NCBI GenBank assembly: GCA_023213395.1
Contig: CM041465.1
Coordinates: 162,943,741 to 163,007,740, forward strand
Direction of reading: 5' to 3'
DNA from: Cycas panzhihuaensis
Lineage: Eukaryota > Plantae > Cycadophyta
DNA: 64,000 nt
A model generated the notes under the pieces. It was not told where the DNA came from, ran no database searches, and worked only from the letters and a program-made list of their open reading frames with translations. Each line of letters opens with the position of its first letter. The stretch's first letter is position 1. Shown here piece after piece: positions 34,727 through 48,619 of the stretch. Made by a program: the position numbers and the translations under genes.

Positions 34727-35579
34727 ATCTCCAAATAACTATATGATCTCAAATTACCTCTATGGTCTAAAAACATCCCTCTTTAAGCTTACATCATGTC
34801 ACAATGGGCTAAAAATCCAATAATAAATGCTAATACATGACTTAACAGATAGATGTGACTCAAGTATAACATGAATGATTCTCTCATATAATAAAGTTTA
34901 ATATAAAATAGATTCTCTAAAGCCAAAGTATGAGACCTTAATACATGTTATTCCCCCCATTTGAGATACATCATATCAACAAATATGATTGAACCTTTAA
35001 AAATACATGTATGTACATAAAAAAACTGAAAAAATAAAGAAAAATAAAATTTTAAGGAAAAATTTTGACTTTGACTCAAAATTTCTATATTAAATCAACT
35101 CCAAATAATATCAAGTGGCATGTCAAATGAAAACACTTTTAGTTACAAATCCAATGCAATTGACGGCACTGAAAATAGAGTCTGTATGCTCAAGTTATAG
35201 TTAAAACAGTAACAAGGACTCCATAAAAACTGAAATTTTAGAGGTTTAGCCCCTTTCACTAGTTGACTGAAGGTCATATGGCACCTCCATACGAATAGGT
35301 CTTGTGGGCTAAAGGGGTTGGGCAAATTTCAAATATTTATCCAATCTTACTAGTTTAATTTTTTCAACCGCAAAAGAAATTAAGCCGATTTCATAAAAAT
35401 TTATGTCTGCCTCCTCAAGAAAAAACTTAATCACGCCCAAATTAAAAAATTTAAAACATTGATATCAACCTTAATATTTAGTGTTCTAAAAAAGACTTTT
35501 TAGCCATTTTGCTCTGCACGCAGTCGCCATTATTCTTGTGTTACAGGGGCGGCAATGGAAGATATTGAGCCAATGATTG

Positions 35580-36045
35580 TGGTTATGCCCTGCTCGACAA
35601 AGCATGTTTCTAAGGGAAATTTTTCACTCAGTACCATCCATCCCAAAGATCCCCATGACCATCTAAATGCAGCAACAAATAAATAGATGGTTATCACCAC
35701 CAATACAGAGAAGCCCTTGGAGAGGTCCTTATCTCCTCCAAACTTCACTATGTCTATCGATTTCTGAATCGGTTCAGCATGGTTAATGGGTGGTACTATT
35801 TTCTTCCAAAACCAATGTTTTCTCCACTAAATAATCATCTCTTCGATGGGTACCCCCTTGGTTTCTAGTAATAGAAAGTATACAAAAGCAGTCACGATAT
35901 AAATTTGACCTGCAAAGAAGAGAAATATTCCATACTTGAATGCACATAGAAGAGAAAGGAAGAACTTCCATACTTGAATGCACATAGAAGAGAAAGGAAG
36001 AACTATGCAATGATAAAAGTGAAGAGAAGGTTGACAGCCATGGTT
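35580..36045 (-). pseudogene. STP: Sugar transport protein (STP/MST, STP7-like) C-terminal fragment, circularly permuted
   Basis: Reads [30 protein letters not shown]...[30 protein letters not shown], then VKFGGDKDLSKGFSVLVVITIYLFVAAFRWSWGSLGWMVLSEKFPLET...QGIT. Contains a 38-bp tandem duplication (35928-36003) and two stops. Confidence 0.93.
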
Positions 36046-37429
36046 TGCTTATCATTTTCCGTTAGTGGTATGACTATACACAGATGAAATCCTAGTATAT
36101 TCATCGCCTTTCTCTGTCTGTGTTTCTGAAAGCATTCGATTCAAACGAATTTGGTTAGTATAATTTGGCATAAAAACACTCCTGAATTTTGTTTTCTGTT
36201 TGTTTGTTTCTATGTTATAGGCGGCGGCGAGATGGCTACAGTGAACAAAGGATGGCAGTGACTTCTATATCATTATCCAGGACTTTAAATCTTTTGACTC
36301 ATAATGGAAAATGGCATGTGAACGTGTCAATTCTACACTATGGTCTCATTCTTCACAATCTTGGAGTTTACATAGACAATCAATAGTTGTAGCAGCAACA
36401 TCCACAATTGATGTTATAAACAGTTATGACAAGACCTTTTATTTTTTTTGTATATTCCATGCAATAGATTTGATGTGCTTGACACCCTCTTACTGATAAC
36501 AGATTTGTTGTTTATTTAAGGTGATTAGGCCTACATTTGGAGTTCCTTTGCAATAATTTTTTGCTTCAAACAATACACTTCAAATATGTGTTTTTCAACT
36601 TTTGAATCAGAACCTACATGTTATAAAATGGACCCATATGCAGCGTAAAATATGGTCACAAAAAGCATAAATTTGCAACTTCAAAACAACTCTATAACTT
36701 TAAAATCTCGAAAAAATAGGCTTAAAAAACAATCCTAAAACAGCATCAAAACATGCTTCAAAGTAGTCTTCAATAATAGCTCTAAATAAGTTTTAAATAG
36801 CCCTTAAACAATAAAATAACTCATTTAAATTTTAAAAAATAATGATAAAATAGTATCAAATACTTCAAAAAAGTCTCTTAAAAAATGTGCATAAAGTGCA
36901 ACAGAAGTTGGCTTCAAATAACTTGAAATAATTCTTCAAATGAATAATGAATAGGTCACTAATTAGGCACAATACAGGTTCTTTAAAAATTTGATGAGGC
37001 TTCTAAAAAGTCAAAAGGATAACATGTACAAAGACTCTATAATGTTTCCTTCAAGAATTCAAACCTTAGAATCTGATACCATATTAGAAAATAAACATAT
37101 AAAGCTCTATACCATGTTAGAAAAATAATATGCTATGCATATAATAGATAAACTAAGATGGTAAGTTAATGATATAACAATGAAGCACAAAGAAGATGAA
37201 ATATATACAAATGAACTCTTAATACAGAGAAATAACTAAAATTCAAAATAAAATAAATGATAATATATATACGTATAATACAAGCTCACCATCAATGAGG
37301 GAACCTCATTGGTCAATCTTAGAGGTAGCACACATCTCTATATGACTCATAATCTCAAATATAAAATATACATAAATGTAAAGAGAGTGTATATAAGAGT
37401 GATTATGTAATTGAGTATTACACCCAACA

Positions 37430-37904
37430 TTGATAAAGTTGTTTTGTATTCTGCTTTTATCATAGATAAAGATATTGTTGCATATTTTTTTAAACTCCAT
37501 GTTATTGTTGTTGAACCCAAACTGAATGTATGTATGTCCTGAAGTAGATTTCTTGTCATCTGCATAACCTACCAAGTCTAAGTTTGTATAGCCAACCAAT
37601 CTGTAGTCCTCTAAAAACCTATAATGTAATCCATATCCAATAGTACCTTTGATATACCTAAGAATTCTCTTGGTCACTTACCAATGTTTTATCTTAGGCT
37701 CATGCATAAATCTAAAAACCATATTAACTACATACATAATGTCTGATCGAATTAAAGTCAAGTAAATTAGACTATTTATTAGATGCCTATATAGTATATG
37801 ATCAATTGATTCTGATTCCTCAAACTTGGGCAATTTCAACTCAACCTCTCTTGGAATTGCAAGTGGCTTGCAATTATTCATGTTAAGCTTGTCCAATAGG
37901 TTCA

Positions 37905-37974
<70 letters not shown>

Positions 37975-40314
37975 ATATCCTAATTTCATCTTGTCAAACT
38001 CCAATGCCTAAGAAGTAATGCATTAATCCCAAGTCCACCATCTCAAATTCTTTGCACATATCTTTCTTGAATATTTGAGACAAGTGATCACTATTTCCAA
38101 TGTATACCAAATCATCAACATATAAGCCCACAATTAGTATGGAGTTTCCTTCTAATTTGATGTATAAATTGAGATTTGATTTGGTTATTTCGAATCCTTT
38201 ATCTTTGAAATATTTATCAATCCTAGAGCACCATGCTCTTAAGTGCTTACTTAAGTCCATACAAGACCTTTTTAAGTTTGTAGACCTTATTTTTCTTCTC
38301 CTTTCACTTCAAATCCTTTATGTTGTTGGATATAATTTTTTTCATCTACATAGTCATTTAAGAAAATACTTTTTACATATATTTGTTGTACTGTCCAACC
38401 TTGTTGTGCAATTAAGACCATGATTAATCAGGTTGTTTCTAACCTTATCATAAGTGCAAATGTCCCATTATAATCTATGCACTTAATTTGAGCGTAACCT
38501 TTTGTAACTAAACTTGCCTTATATTTATCAATAGATCCATCTAATTTATACTTGATCTTATAAACCCATATAGTCCCCATGGCATTCTTGTTAGGTGGCA
38601 GATCCACTAACTCCCATGTATCATTATACTCTCTTTTCATTGTTGTCTTCCATCATTCTTAATCGTTTACCTCTTCAAAGTTGTGAAGCTCATTAAACTC
38701 CATAACTTAAGTCATAATTACAAAATATGCCCATTGAAATCTTATAATCCTTCTCTCAAAATTGGTATCTAACATATTTGAAAGGTTATGATCCCCCTTT
38801 GTATCCATTTTAGGATCATTTATTTTAAAAAAGAGAGTCATGTTTCATTTGTATTAGATACATTTGTATCTTTAATTTTGAGTCCATTTCAACCATGATA
38901 TTTTTACCCTTATCTTTTTCAACTTCTTCTTGATAAAATTCATCTTATTTGAAGATGACATCCCTATTTATAATAATCATTTTTTCATTTAGATTATAAC
39001 GTTTATAGGATTTAAAAGAGTTATAATATCCTATGATGATACATTTAATGCTCATCATTCAACTTCTTTTCCTTTAATTTAGGACATATGCATAAGTTAT
39101 GCACCCAAATATTCTCAAGTGTTTGATGCTTAGCTTATAACCTATGCAAACTTCTTTTGGTAACTCATCTAACTACTTTGGTGGTACACTTGTTCAATGC
39201 ATGGACAGTTATGTGTACAGCTTCTACCAAATATTTATTTCCTAGATACTTGTCCTTAAACATATTTCTTGTCATTTCCACAATTGTTCTATGCTTTCTT
39301 TCAACAACCTCATTTTGTTGAGCAGTGTAAGGATTTGCGAATTATTTTCGGATTCTAAAATACCTACAATAATTTTTTAATTCATTTAAAACAAATTTTC
39401 TCCTATTGTCTAATCTTAAAATGAAAATTTTAAGTTCACTTTGTCTTTCAACCATACTCATAAAATTAATGAAATATTGTAATGCATCTAACTTAAACTT
39501 TAGGAAGTATACTAAAGTCATCATTGTGAAGTCGTTAATAAATGTCATAAAAAACTTACTTCCTCTAAGTTAAACACATTTATTGGACCACATAAGTCTA
39601 TGTATATCGATTAGAGGGTCCGTTAACCCTATAACTTTCATTAGGGAATATTTCCCTTTGTTGTTTTCGAAGTACACATCCTTCAAATATTTTTTTACTA
39701 TGCTCGAAAATAGATAGTTCAATTACCATGTCTATTTTCTTCATTAAGTTCAAACTATTGTAGTTTACATGGCCAAATCTTTTGTGCCATGTTTCACTGT
39801 CTACATTGGTTGATGTCTTTCAGGCATAATAGTCTACCAGTGGAATAACTAATTTGAACAATCTGTCACTAGTCATTTGTTCTTTGACCACAATTACATT
39901 GTTTCTTAGTTTATCTTTGATGGTGCATTCTCCATTGTTAAAAATTATCTTATATTGTTGTTCTACCATCTGTCCTACTAATAGAAAATTTTTCTTTAGT
40001 GTTGGGATATGAAATATACACCTTGTTTCTCCAAAATCAATGTATACGGAAATATTCCCTTTCTCAACTAATGTTTGAGTGGTGTTATCACCAAACATAA
40101 TCTTATTTTTCTTGGCATTGTCCAATTTTTTAAACCACTCTTCTTTATAAATCGTGTGTAGAACATCTTAAATTTATGTACCAATTATCTCCTTCCTCAT
40201 TTGCCATCAAACTTAAAAGAAATAATCTTTCATCTCATATTTTTTCCAAAGTGTATTAGCAGTCCCCATTTGTGAATTTGATCTTTTTGCAAAGCAATTT
40301 TTTTCCAAATGCCC
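37430..40314 (-). pseudogene. Decayed copia pol of the outer element (PR, INT, RT, start of RH)
   Basis: FINDFTMMTLVYFLK (INT), WVYKIKYKLDGSIDKYKASLVTKGYAQ and VGLYVDDLVY (RT), KRILRYIKGT. An (AT)n(AG)n microsatellite at ~37905-37971 sits inside RT. Confidence 0.92.
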
Positions 40315-40584
40315 TTTTTTTTTCCTTGATTTAATAAAAATTGAGGGGGTTTTAAAAGGTCCCCAAACCTTTTACAAGATCTGCCTCTAGGTTAAAGCGA
40401 TATGCCATGACAAGCCCATGGCCTAATTAAACTAAGAACATCCCAACCACTTTAACCATACAAACCATAACAAGCCTAGTGGCTAGCTTGCCCCTTCCTA
40501 GGCTAACACACCCATTCTAACCAGACTCAAAAGCTCCTCCAAGAAGTTTTCTTTCCAGACCCTCGTACTCTTGTTTGTGACCCC

Positions 40585-43500
40585 TCAATTGGCAAACCAA
40601 TCGGCTATTGCATTACCCTCTCTATACGTGTGACAAATTTGAGATTCCACCTTAGATCTCAACGCCTCTTGAGCATCCCTCACTATATTTGCATTATGCC
40701 ATTCTACATCAGTATCCCCTCTAAGAATCCTAATCACATTTAGTGAGTCTCCTTCGATCACCACCTTGTCATAATCATCATCTTCAACCATAAGCACTAC
40801 TCTCTACATGGCCTTTAATTCAACCTTATGGTTTGTTTGATTACCATAATATTCTGTGAAGGCCCACCTCACTCTACTATCTAGGTATCTGCATAAACCT
40901 CCCCCACCTGCTTGCAGGGTTGCCTTTAGACGTCTTATTAAAGTTTATTTTAACCCAATTGTGTATAGATCGCCAAGAGCATTTTCTTCTCCTGACCTCA
41001 ATTATATTAGGTCTCCTTATTCCCCATCCATCCATGATGTTACTCTCTCTTTCCAAAATACTTTCCTCATCCCAAGTTCTAATCAATTCCATTGTCGCCA
41101 AACATATCATCTCATAAAGCCTAACCTCATCCAGTTCCTTCCCTTGAAATAATCTTATGTTTCGCTCTTTCCAAATGTTCCACACCACCATTAGCAAGAT
41201 CATTTTCTAGAGAAATCCCAAAGCTATACTCCGGAAGGGAGATTTCCACATCCTCCATTGATCTTCAAGGGTCCTTGGGCTCACCCAAAATATCCCTAAT
41301 TAGGACCAAATACCATCCCAAATTCTTTTAGCAAAAGGACAATGAATGTTGATATGATCAATCGTCTCCTCATCCTTCTTACACAGCACACACCTGTTTG
41401 GCATGGCAATACCGTGCCTATGAAGGTTGTCAACTGTTAGGATCTTTTTCTTCAGACAAAGCCACCAGAAGACCGCCACCTTGGGTATTAAACCCAACTT
41501 CCACACCCCTGCCAGTAAAGGATCCTTTTCGATTCCCACCTCCATACATATGGCTTGGTATCCATCCTTCACAGTATACTCGCCCGAGGGGGCGTTAGCA
41601 TATATGGCCACATTTACTTTAGGCCTTTTCGGAATGTAGTGTTGAACAAGCTCTCTTTTTAAGGCACAAATATTCTATTACAAACCTCCTTAAAGGGATT
41701 AAGTAATTGCTAATTAAAGTGAAAGGGCATCTCCAAGAGTTGTAACTTATAATTGAAAAGGCTTATCATGCACTTATAAATGAGGCCTCCAATGCATTGA
41801 AGAGCATCACTTATTTTTATCAATCAATACCAATTGGTCTTTTGACTGCAAATTTACTTTCAAGTGTACTTATGTTCTTTGAAATTTTTTAATTGTGCTC
41901 CAGTTACGGAAAATGTCTGTAACAAGTGGTATCAAAGCGTATTGATTCATGTGTATAAAATATATCTAATTGATATCATATCCAATTGACATTCCTTCTA
42001 TTGTTCTATCTAATTGGCTACTACTGCCATCGCCATAGCTACTCATGAAATTCATCTCCCAAATTATCAATGTGTCTTATTAACTGAGCTACTACATCAC
42101 CTCACCACCATTATAATTAATCACTCCATCGTTGTGACTATCATTGTAGCTCAACAAAATTGCTAAAGTCATTCATAGCCCTATTATTTCATCTGGTACT
42201 TCTATCATTTGTGATATGTTATACTTCACAAATAGTACATTCATTTGCATTACGTACTTTACCTAAGAATTTCAATTTCCATACACTTGCATCCGTAGAA
42301 AATATGTTCACTTAGTTTAAAAAAAAAAATCTGCACGTTCTCCCTTTCAAACCAACTATCGCCCCAATTAAATCACTAATATAATCATAGGTACAATGCG
42401 TCGTAAATCAACAGATTGAAGACGTTAAGCATAATTTACCAAAATCAATCTTTACAATTAGATTTATATTCAAATCAACTAAAATATACTTTCCCATTAT
42501 CATCTTGTCAAGTTATTCCAACGTTGCTAGTAAATTATTGCACTGTTGTGCGCACATTTTAATCTAATTATTGCAAATTGTACACTCTTCTCTGTGTCTT
42601 TCATTATTTGTTCCGTTCCTTCGTCTTTTTGGAGCCGTTGCCATTTCTGCGTCTTTCCATCGTCCATCATTCTCTCTGTCCCTGGCGTCGTTCTTATCTG
42701 TGCCCTCCCTGTTTTCTTACGTTACCGTTCCATTCCATTCCATTTGGTCCCCGTCTCATTCAATTTCATCTATCTGCGTTCCTCTGTTGCAACTCCTTTC
42801 GTTACGTTTTCGTCCGTTGTCTGTTGTAATTTTCTTCATTCATAAAACCTAAAATAATATTATATCCATATATATATAAATATATATGTATATATATGGT
42901 ATTAAGAGAATAACAACCACCAATATATTGGATACAGTATACAATTTCACAAATAACATAGTACCTTTATCCTTAGTTATATTAAAAATTATTATGTTTT
43001 CTATTACATTAATTTTACACTAATACATTTATTCTCCTTAATTATTTCATAATTATTTTATCAATGTTGCACTTTCATTTCATATACGTTTAATACCATT
43101 ATATTATACTTTGATGTCACTTTAAATATCTACAACATTTTAAATTATATCCTTTTCAAATACAATATAGAGTCATTTCCATATTTAGTCTATTGATCAC
43201 ATAGATAAGACACTTGACTAGTCTCAAGGTCCTTGTCATATCTGTAATCTCTGATTGTCATTAGATAATACTTCAATCTTACGTTAAACATTTAAGTTTA
43301 ATTCTCTTCTAAGTCATCACCTATTCCATCAATTTAATATCCTTTGGATATTGAATAAGTTGACCGATCTTGTCGTTTATATATGAGTGTGACCTACTTG
43401 AAATACATTCAGTAGTATCAAGCAAGATCAAAATATTATTTTGGATCAATCAAACACGACAGAAAGGCAGTGGAACCACACTTAACACAATCATTAAAAT

Positions 43501-46500
43501 AATGAACACTGAAGAGATAGTAGACAATACCATCAAAAAATATCATCAAACCGATCACTCAAGCAGTGCAAATATCAAACGCTCTCTTAAATCATACATT
43601 ACATCAAATCTTGGATAAATTGATAATCATAGCAACGAACAAGAAAGAAGATATGATTGTTCCAGATTCGGAGGATGAGGCAATGAGTCGGCAGTCTCAT
43701 ATCAAAAATCAAACCGTTAAAAATTATTCCAGTCCTCAGATGTCTCCAATTAATACTGAGAATGAAGCTATCAGAAAATACCTTAATGAGTATCCCAATT
43801 TGACCCCTGAAGAACAGAAGATAGTGGATTTTCAAGCATATTTCAACTGCTTACAAAATATTCAAACATAGAAAAAGAAAAAGTTAGAAAAAATTACTAT
43901 ATAACGTTTCAATATGGAACAAAAATCACACGAGCCAAGAGTATGGATTCAACAAATGGAAAACTACTTTCGCTTAATGGAGATTGAGCCAGTAGGGCAA
44001 GTTCCGTTAGCCACCCTGCACATGGATGGGATAGCATGCAAATGGTGGCAGTGTCTAGAACAAACCTCTTTTTGAACTCAACTTCCAACTTGGAAAGAAT
44101 TTGTGTGTTTATTCATCGAACAGTTTGATACTGTATCTAATCGTAATTATTATTGTGAATTACGAAGATTAAAACAGACAGGTTCCGTAGAAGAATGTAG
44201 TGCAGCATTCACGAGGCTAAGCTATGTGTTAGAAGATATTCTGACTAATCGACTTATCCAGTTATATATGGATGGTCTGATAGCAGAAATCCAAGCTGAT
44301 GTTAAAATTCAAGAACCAAAGGACCTTAACAAGGCAACACAGTTAGCCAAAATACATGAAGATAAACGCAATGCCTTACGCAAAATAGGCACAGATCTTT
44401 ATATTTCTCCACTTAGTCGACATAATCTTTTACTAAGTGCTCAACACATACACGTATTAATCAGCCTGAATCGACCTGCTAAACCAATCATTCAAAAAAC
44501 AAAAACAGGGTAAGAAGAGTTAAGAAAAAGAAACCGATGCTTCAGATGTGAGGAGAAGTGGGAACTTGGGCTTAGATGTCAAAAGAACCAGTTATATACA
44601 ATCAGACTACTGCCAGATGAAAATATTGATGAAGAAGAACAAGAATTATAAAATAATCAAGGAAATTGTTATCATTCAGAACATCACGAAAGCCACAGTA
44701 ATCTCTAAGACGTCCATCTGCAAATGTCACTATCATTTATAAGCAGTTTTAATCAATCAAATACCTTAAAATTACAGGGATCTATCAAAAATCAAGTTGT
44801 AACAATCTTGATAGATTCAGGTAGCACACATAATTTTATTGATCAAAATTGTGCACAACAACTGAGATTATTTCCATTAAGGACTCCTCGTTTCTAGGTC
44901 ACTGTTGGAGGAAGACAGGTAATCTCTAGCCAAGGTATAATGAAGAACCTTAACATCACACTAAACAATGTCAGCATTATAGAAGATTTCTATGTCGTTG
45001 ATGTCAGAAGTGTAGATATTGTATTGGGCAGTCAATGGCTCAGTACACTTGGAACCTTCGAAATGAATATGGATGAATAGTTTATGCGATTTAAGAAAGA
45101 AGGATGAATTATCACGTTATCAAGAAAAAGATCGAACAAAACTAACGTCATATCACGCGAGAATCAGGGTGAAGAAGTCAAAAAGCAACCACAAGCACTC
45201 TAAAAACACAGTCAAGATTTCCAACCAGAAGAATCTTCTAATAAATACCTGCAACATTCGTCTAATCATCTAATAGACTCTACTACAACGAAGGACAACG
45301 TACATTTAAGGGATTGCAATCGTTCGACTATGTTTCGTGTGCGAAACATCTTTAGGGGGAGGAATTGTTACAGACCTCCTTAAAGGGATTAGGTAATTGT
45401 TAATTAAAGTGAAAGGGCATCTCTAAGAGTTGTAACTTATAATTGAAAAGGCCTATCATGCACTTATAAATGAGGCCTCTAGTGTATTGAAGAGCATCAC
45501 TTATATTTATCAATCAATACCAATTGGTCTTTTGACTGCAAATTTACTTTCAAGCGTACTTGCATTCTTTTAAATCTTTTAATTGTGCTCCAATTACGGA
45601 AAAGGTTCGTAAGATATTCTCCCCCCATTCCTAGATCCCTTGTAACTCCTCAAAATATTTCTAGACTTTTATCTCTGCTTTGTCCCTCCCAGTAGTCTTT
45701 GACCTTAGAACCATATGCATCTTCGCAGACAGCTTACATAATACCGACGCTCGGGCTATCATTCAATTGATAATTACCACACCATTTGTCCTCACATAAC
45801 TTCATACTTTCCCCATTCCCCAAGTTCCATCTCATGCCAGAGGTCAAGATAGGTCTCGAGTGGACCAGACTCCTCCATATTGGAGACCCGTAAACCTCCC
45901 CCACCTCGTCTTTCAGGAAATGCTTTCCTCCCAGATATTTTTTAGAAATGATCTTGCCCCATTATCCTCCTCCCTTCTTCACCAGTCTCCAGCCCAGCTT
46001 GGCCGCCAAGGCTCTATTAAAAGGGGCTAATCTTCTGATGTTAAGCCCTCCCGCCCATCTGGGCATACAAACTTTGTTCCATGTAACTAGGTGGATTATA
46101 TCCTTTTCTTTAGTTCTGGACCACGGGAATCTCTTCTAAATGCCTTCTCAGATTGATATAAACCTGCTTGGGATCCTAAATATTGACATCATATACACCG
46201 GAATAATCTGCAAAGAAGCAGCCACCAACTGAATCTTTACAGCTGGGCTGAGGAGGGTTCCTTTCCAGCCAGCCAGTTTCCTTTGCATCCTATCTACAAT
46301 GGGGTTCCAAAGGGCCTTACTCATATTCCCAACAAATAGACGCATTCCTAGATAAGTAGACAGCAGAGATCTGATGGGCATCCTTAACTCCCTACTTATC
46401 TTTCTTTGCAGTTTCTCATGGGTATTTATAAAGAAGACAGAGCTTTTTCTAGGTTTATTCTTTGATTTGTGGCTCTCTCAAAGGCTTGGAGTCTAGCCTT

Positions 46501-48616
46501 AGAGGCTCTAGCTTCCCCCATGGATGCATTTCCTAAGAGAATGCTGTCATCAACAAACTGGTGATGGACAATATTATCTATGCTAAATGTAGGCTTTAGT
46601 CTAGTGACCTATCCTTTCTTCCCAACCTCCTCGACAACTCTCCCTAAAATTTCCACCGTAATGATAAAAAGGTAGGGGGATAAAGGGTCCTCTTGCCTTA
46701 ACCCTCTAAAGCTAAGAAAGAAGGGTGTCAATGTGCCATTTATCAAAATAGAATATTGTGGTTTGGAGATACAGCTTATCATCCATTCCCTCCAAACCTC
46801 ATCAAACCCAAATGCATGAAGGCAATCACATGCTATTATGTCGTAGGCTTTTGATATATCAATTTTCACAACCATGTTGACTTCTCTTCTCTGGTGGACC
46901 AAATGGATCATTTCGTTGACCACTATAATGCCATCCAGAATTTGTCTACCTTTCACGAATCCATCCTAATTTGGGGATATAATCAATGACAAACATTCTT
47001 TCAATCTATTAGCCAAAATCTTGGCCAAGATTTTGTATTTAATATTACAGAGGCTTATCAATCTGAACTCCTCCATGGCTTTTGCCCATTCTTTCTTTGG
47101 GATCAGTACCAGGAAAGTGGCCTGTGACTCCTTTAAGATTGTTCTCTTATTATAAAATTCATCTAGGGCCAGTTTTAGGTCTTCCTTGATTATGTCCCAA
47201 AACTCTTAGAAAAAAACCTAGAGAAAAACCATCTAGACCAGAAGCTTTGTCCCACCCCATGTTAAAGAGGGCCTTCTCCACTTCCTCCATAATGAAAGGT
47301 TCCTTCAACTACCTGTTTTGATCTTCCTCGATCAGCGTAGGGATATATCCCATCAGCTCCCTCCTTAAGTCCGCCTCTTGACAGTCGAGTTCTTCAAATA
47401 GGTTCTTAAAGTAATCCACCCACAATACCTTTAATTTCCTCTTCTGTCTCCCGTATGACTCCTCCAATGCTCCTCAGTTTGTTTATTCTATTACAAGATC
47501 TATGTTCTAGGGTTGTCATATGGAAGAATTTTGTGTTTCAGTCCTCGTCCACCAGCCAAAGGGCCCTCAACTCCTGCGTCCAATGAATTTCTTCCTTGGC
47601 CAATATCTCCTCCAAGTTCCTGATAGTCGTTCACTCCAAGTGGTCCAGAGTGAGGGATATGCCTTCCTCATGAATTCTTCTCTCAATCTCACCTAGCTCC
47701 CCTAGAAGCCGACTTTTTGCATCGAAAATGTTGCCAAAGACCTCTTTATTCCAAACTTTGATTTGCGTTCTCACCTAGTGTAGCTTCTTTAAGAACCTGA
47801 ACATAACATACCCCTCCACCGGGATACTCCACCATTCCTTAACCCGGTTCCTAAGGTCTGGGTATCTTGTCCACATAAGTTCGAACCTAAAGAGGGCCCC
47901 ATGGTGTTTTTCTTGGGTGTTAAACTCAAGCATCAATGGTAAGTGGTCAGAGGCCACCTTTGGGAGAGCTTCTAATTTGATGTCATCATGGAGCCTTGTC
48001 CATTCATAATTAATCAGCTCCCTGTCAAGCTTTATCTGGATGTGGTTATCTCCCATTCTTCTATTCGACCAGGTATACTTGGCCCCACGCAACGGGACGT
48101 CCATCAGACCCTCTTTTTTGCAAGAATTCCCCTAGATCAATCATGCTTCTAGACCATCCCTCTTGGCCCCCTTTCTTTTCTCCTGAGGCCAAAGTCGTCC
48201 CCCACTACCATCTAGGGGCCCTTCTAATCTTTATGGGCTTCCATAATCCTATCCCACAGAATCTTCCTTTCTTTTGTCGTTGTTGAAGCATATATGTTGG
48301 TAGCTAACCATTGTGAGTTTGTCCTCCTGCAGGTGAAGCAAACTGTTATAAAATGATCCTCCTGTACCATAATTATCCCATGCCAAACTCTCAGGTTCCA
48401 GAGAACTGCCACACCTCCCGAGCCTTGAGAACCGTCTCTCACCAGTAACTCCACGTTCCTCCAAACCTTGTTTTGCATCTCTAACCCTTTTTCTTTCTCT
48501 AGCTTAGTTTCCTGAAGCATCATAATATCCACTCCCAATTTGTCTTCCATATCTCTAACCGCTCTCTGCTTAGAAGGAGCATTTAAACCCCTAATATTCC
48601 ATGAGATTAACCTCAT
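40585..48616 (-). pseudogene. LINE ORF2 (endonuclease, RT, zf-RVT, RNase H), disrupted and split by 41676-45614
   Basis: MRLISWNIRGLN, MLQETK, SDHLPL (APE endonuclease); GRQILDGI, KIDISKAYD, RGLRQEDPLSPYLF (RT); RCVLCKKDEETIDHINIHC (zf-RVT); VIEGDS...HTYREGNAIADWFAN (RNase H). Confidence 0.93.
41676..45614 (+). mobile_element. Non-autonomous Ty3/gypsy element (gag + protease only)
   Basis: LTRs 41676-41924 and 45366-45614, TSD TATTC, PBS TGGTATCAAAGC at 41927-41938, PPT at 45354-45365. Gag WIQQMENYF...LRRLKQTGSVEE, CFRCEEKW; protease ILIDSGSTHNFID (~44805-44845). No RT, RH or INT before the PPT. Confidence 0.95.
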
Positions 48617-48619
48617 AGC

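Larger units (their letters stand above)
33902..37429 (-). mobile_element. Non-autonomous LTR element with no TE coding sequence, inserted in the RNase H of the outer copia and carrying host-gene fragments
   Basis: LTRs ~33902-34243 and 37082-37429, PBS revcomp TGGTATCAGATTC at ~37069-37081, PPT-like run at 34244-34251. Host RNase H (AEYKTTLS / AYKIVWLRRLL) resumes on both sides. TSD is degenerate. Confidence 0.85.

Noticed and set aside
42546-42852. Three overlapping ORFs in the gypsy leader
   Set aside because: They are open only because the pyrimidine tract lacks stop codons.
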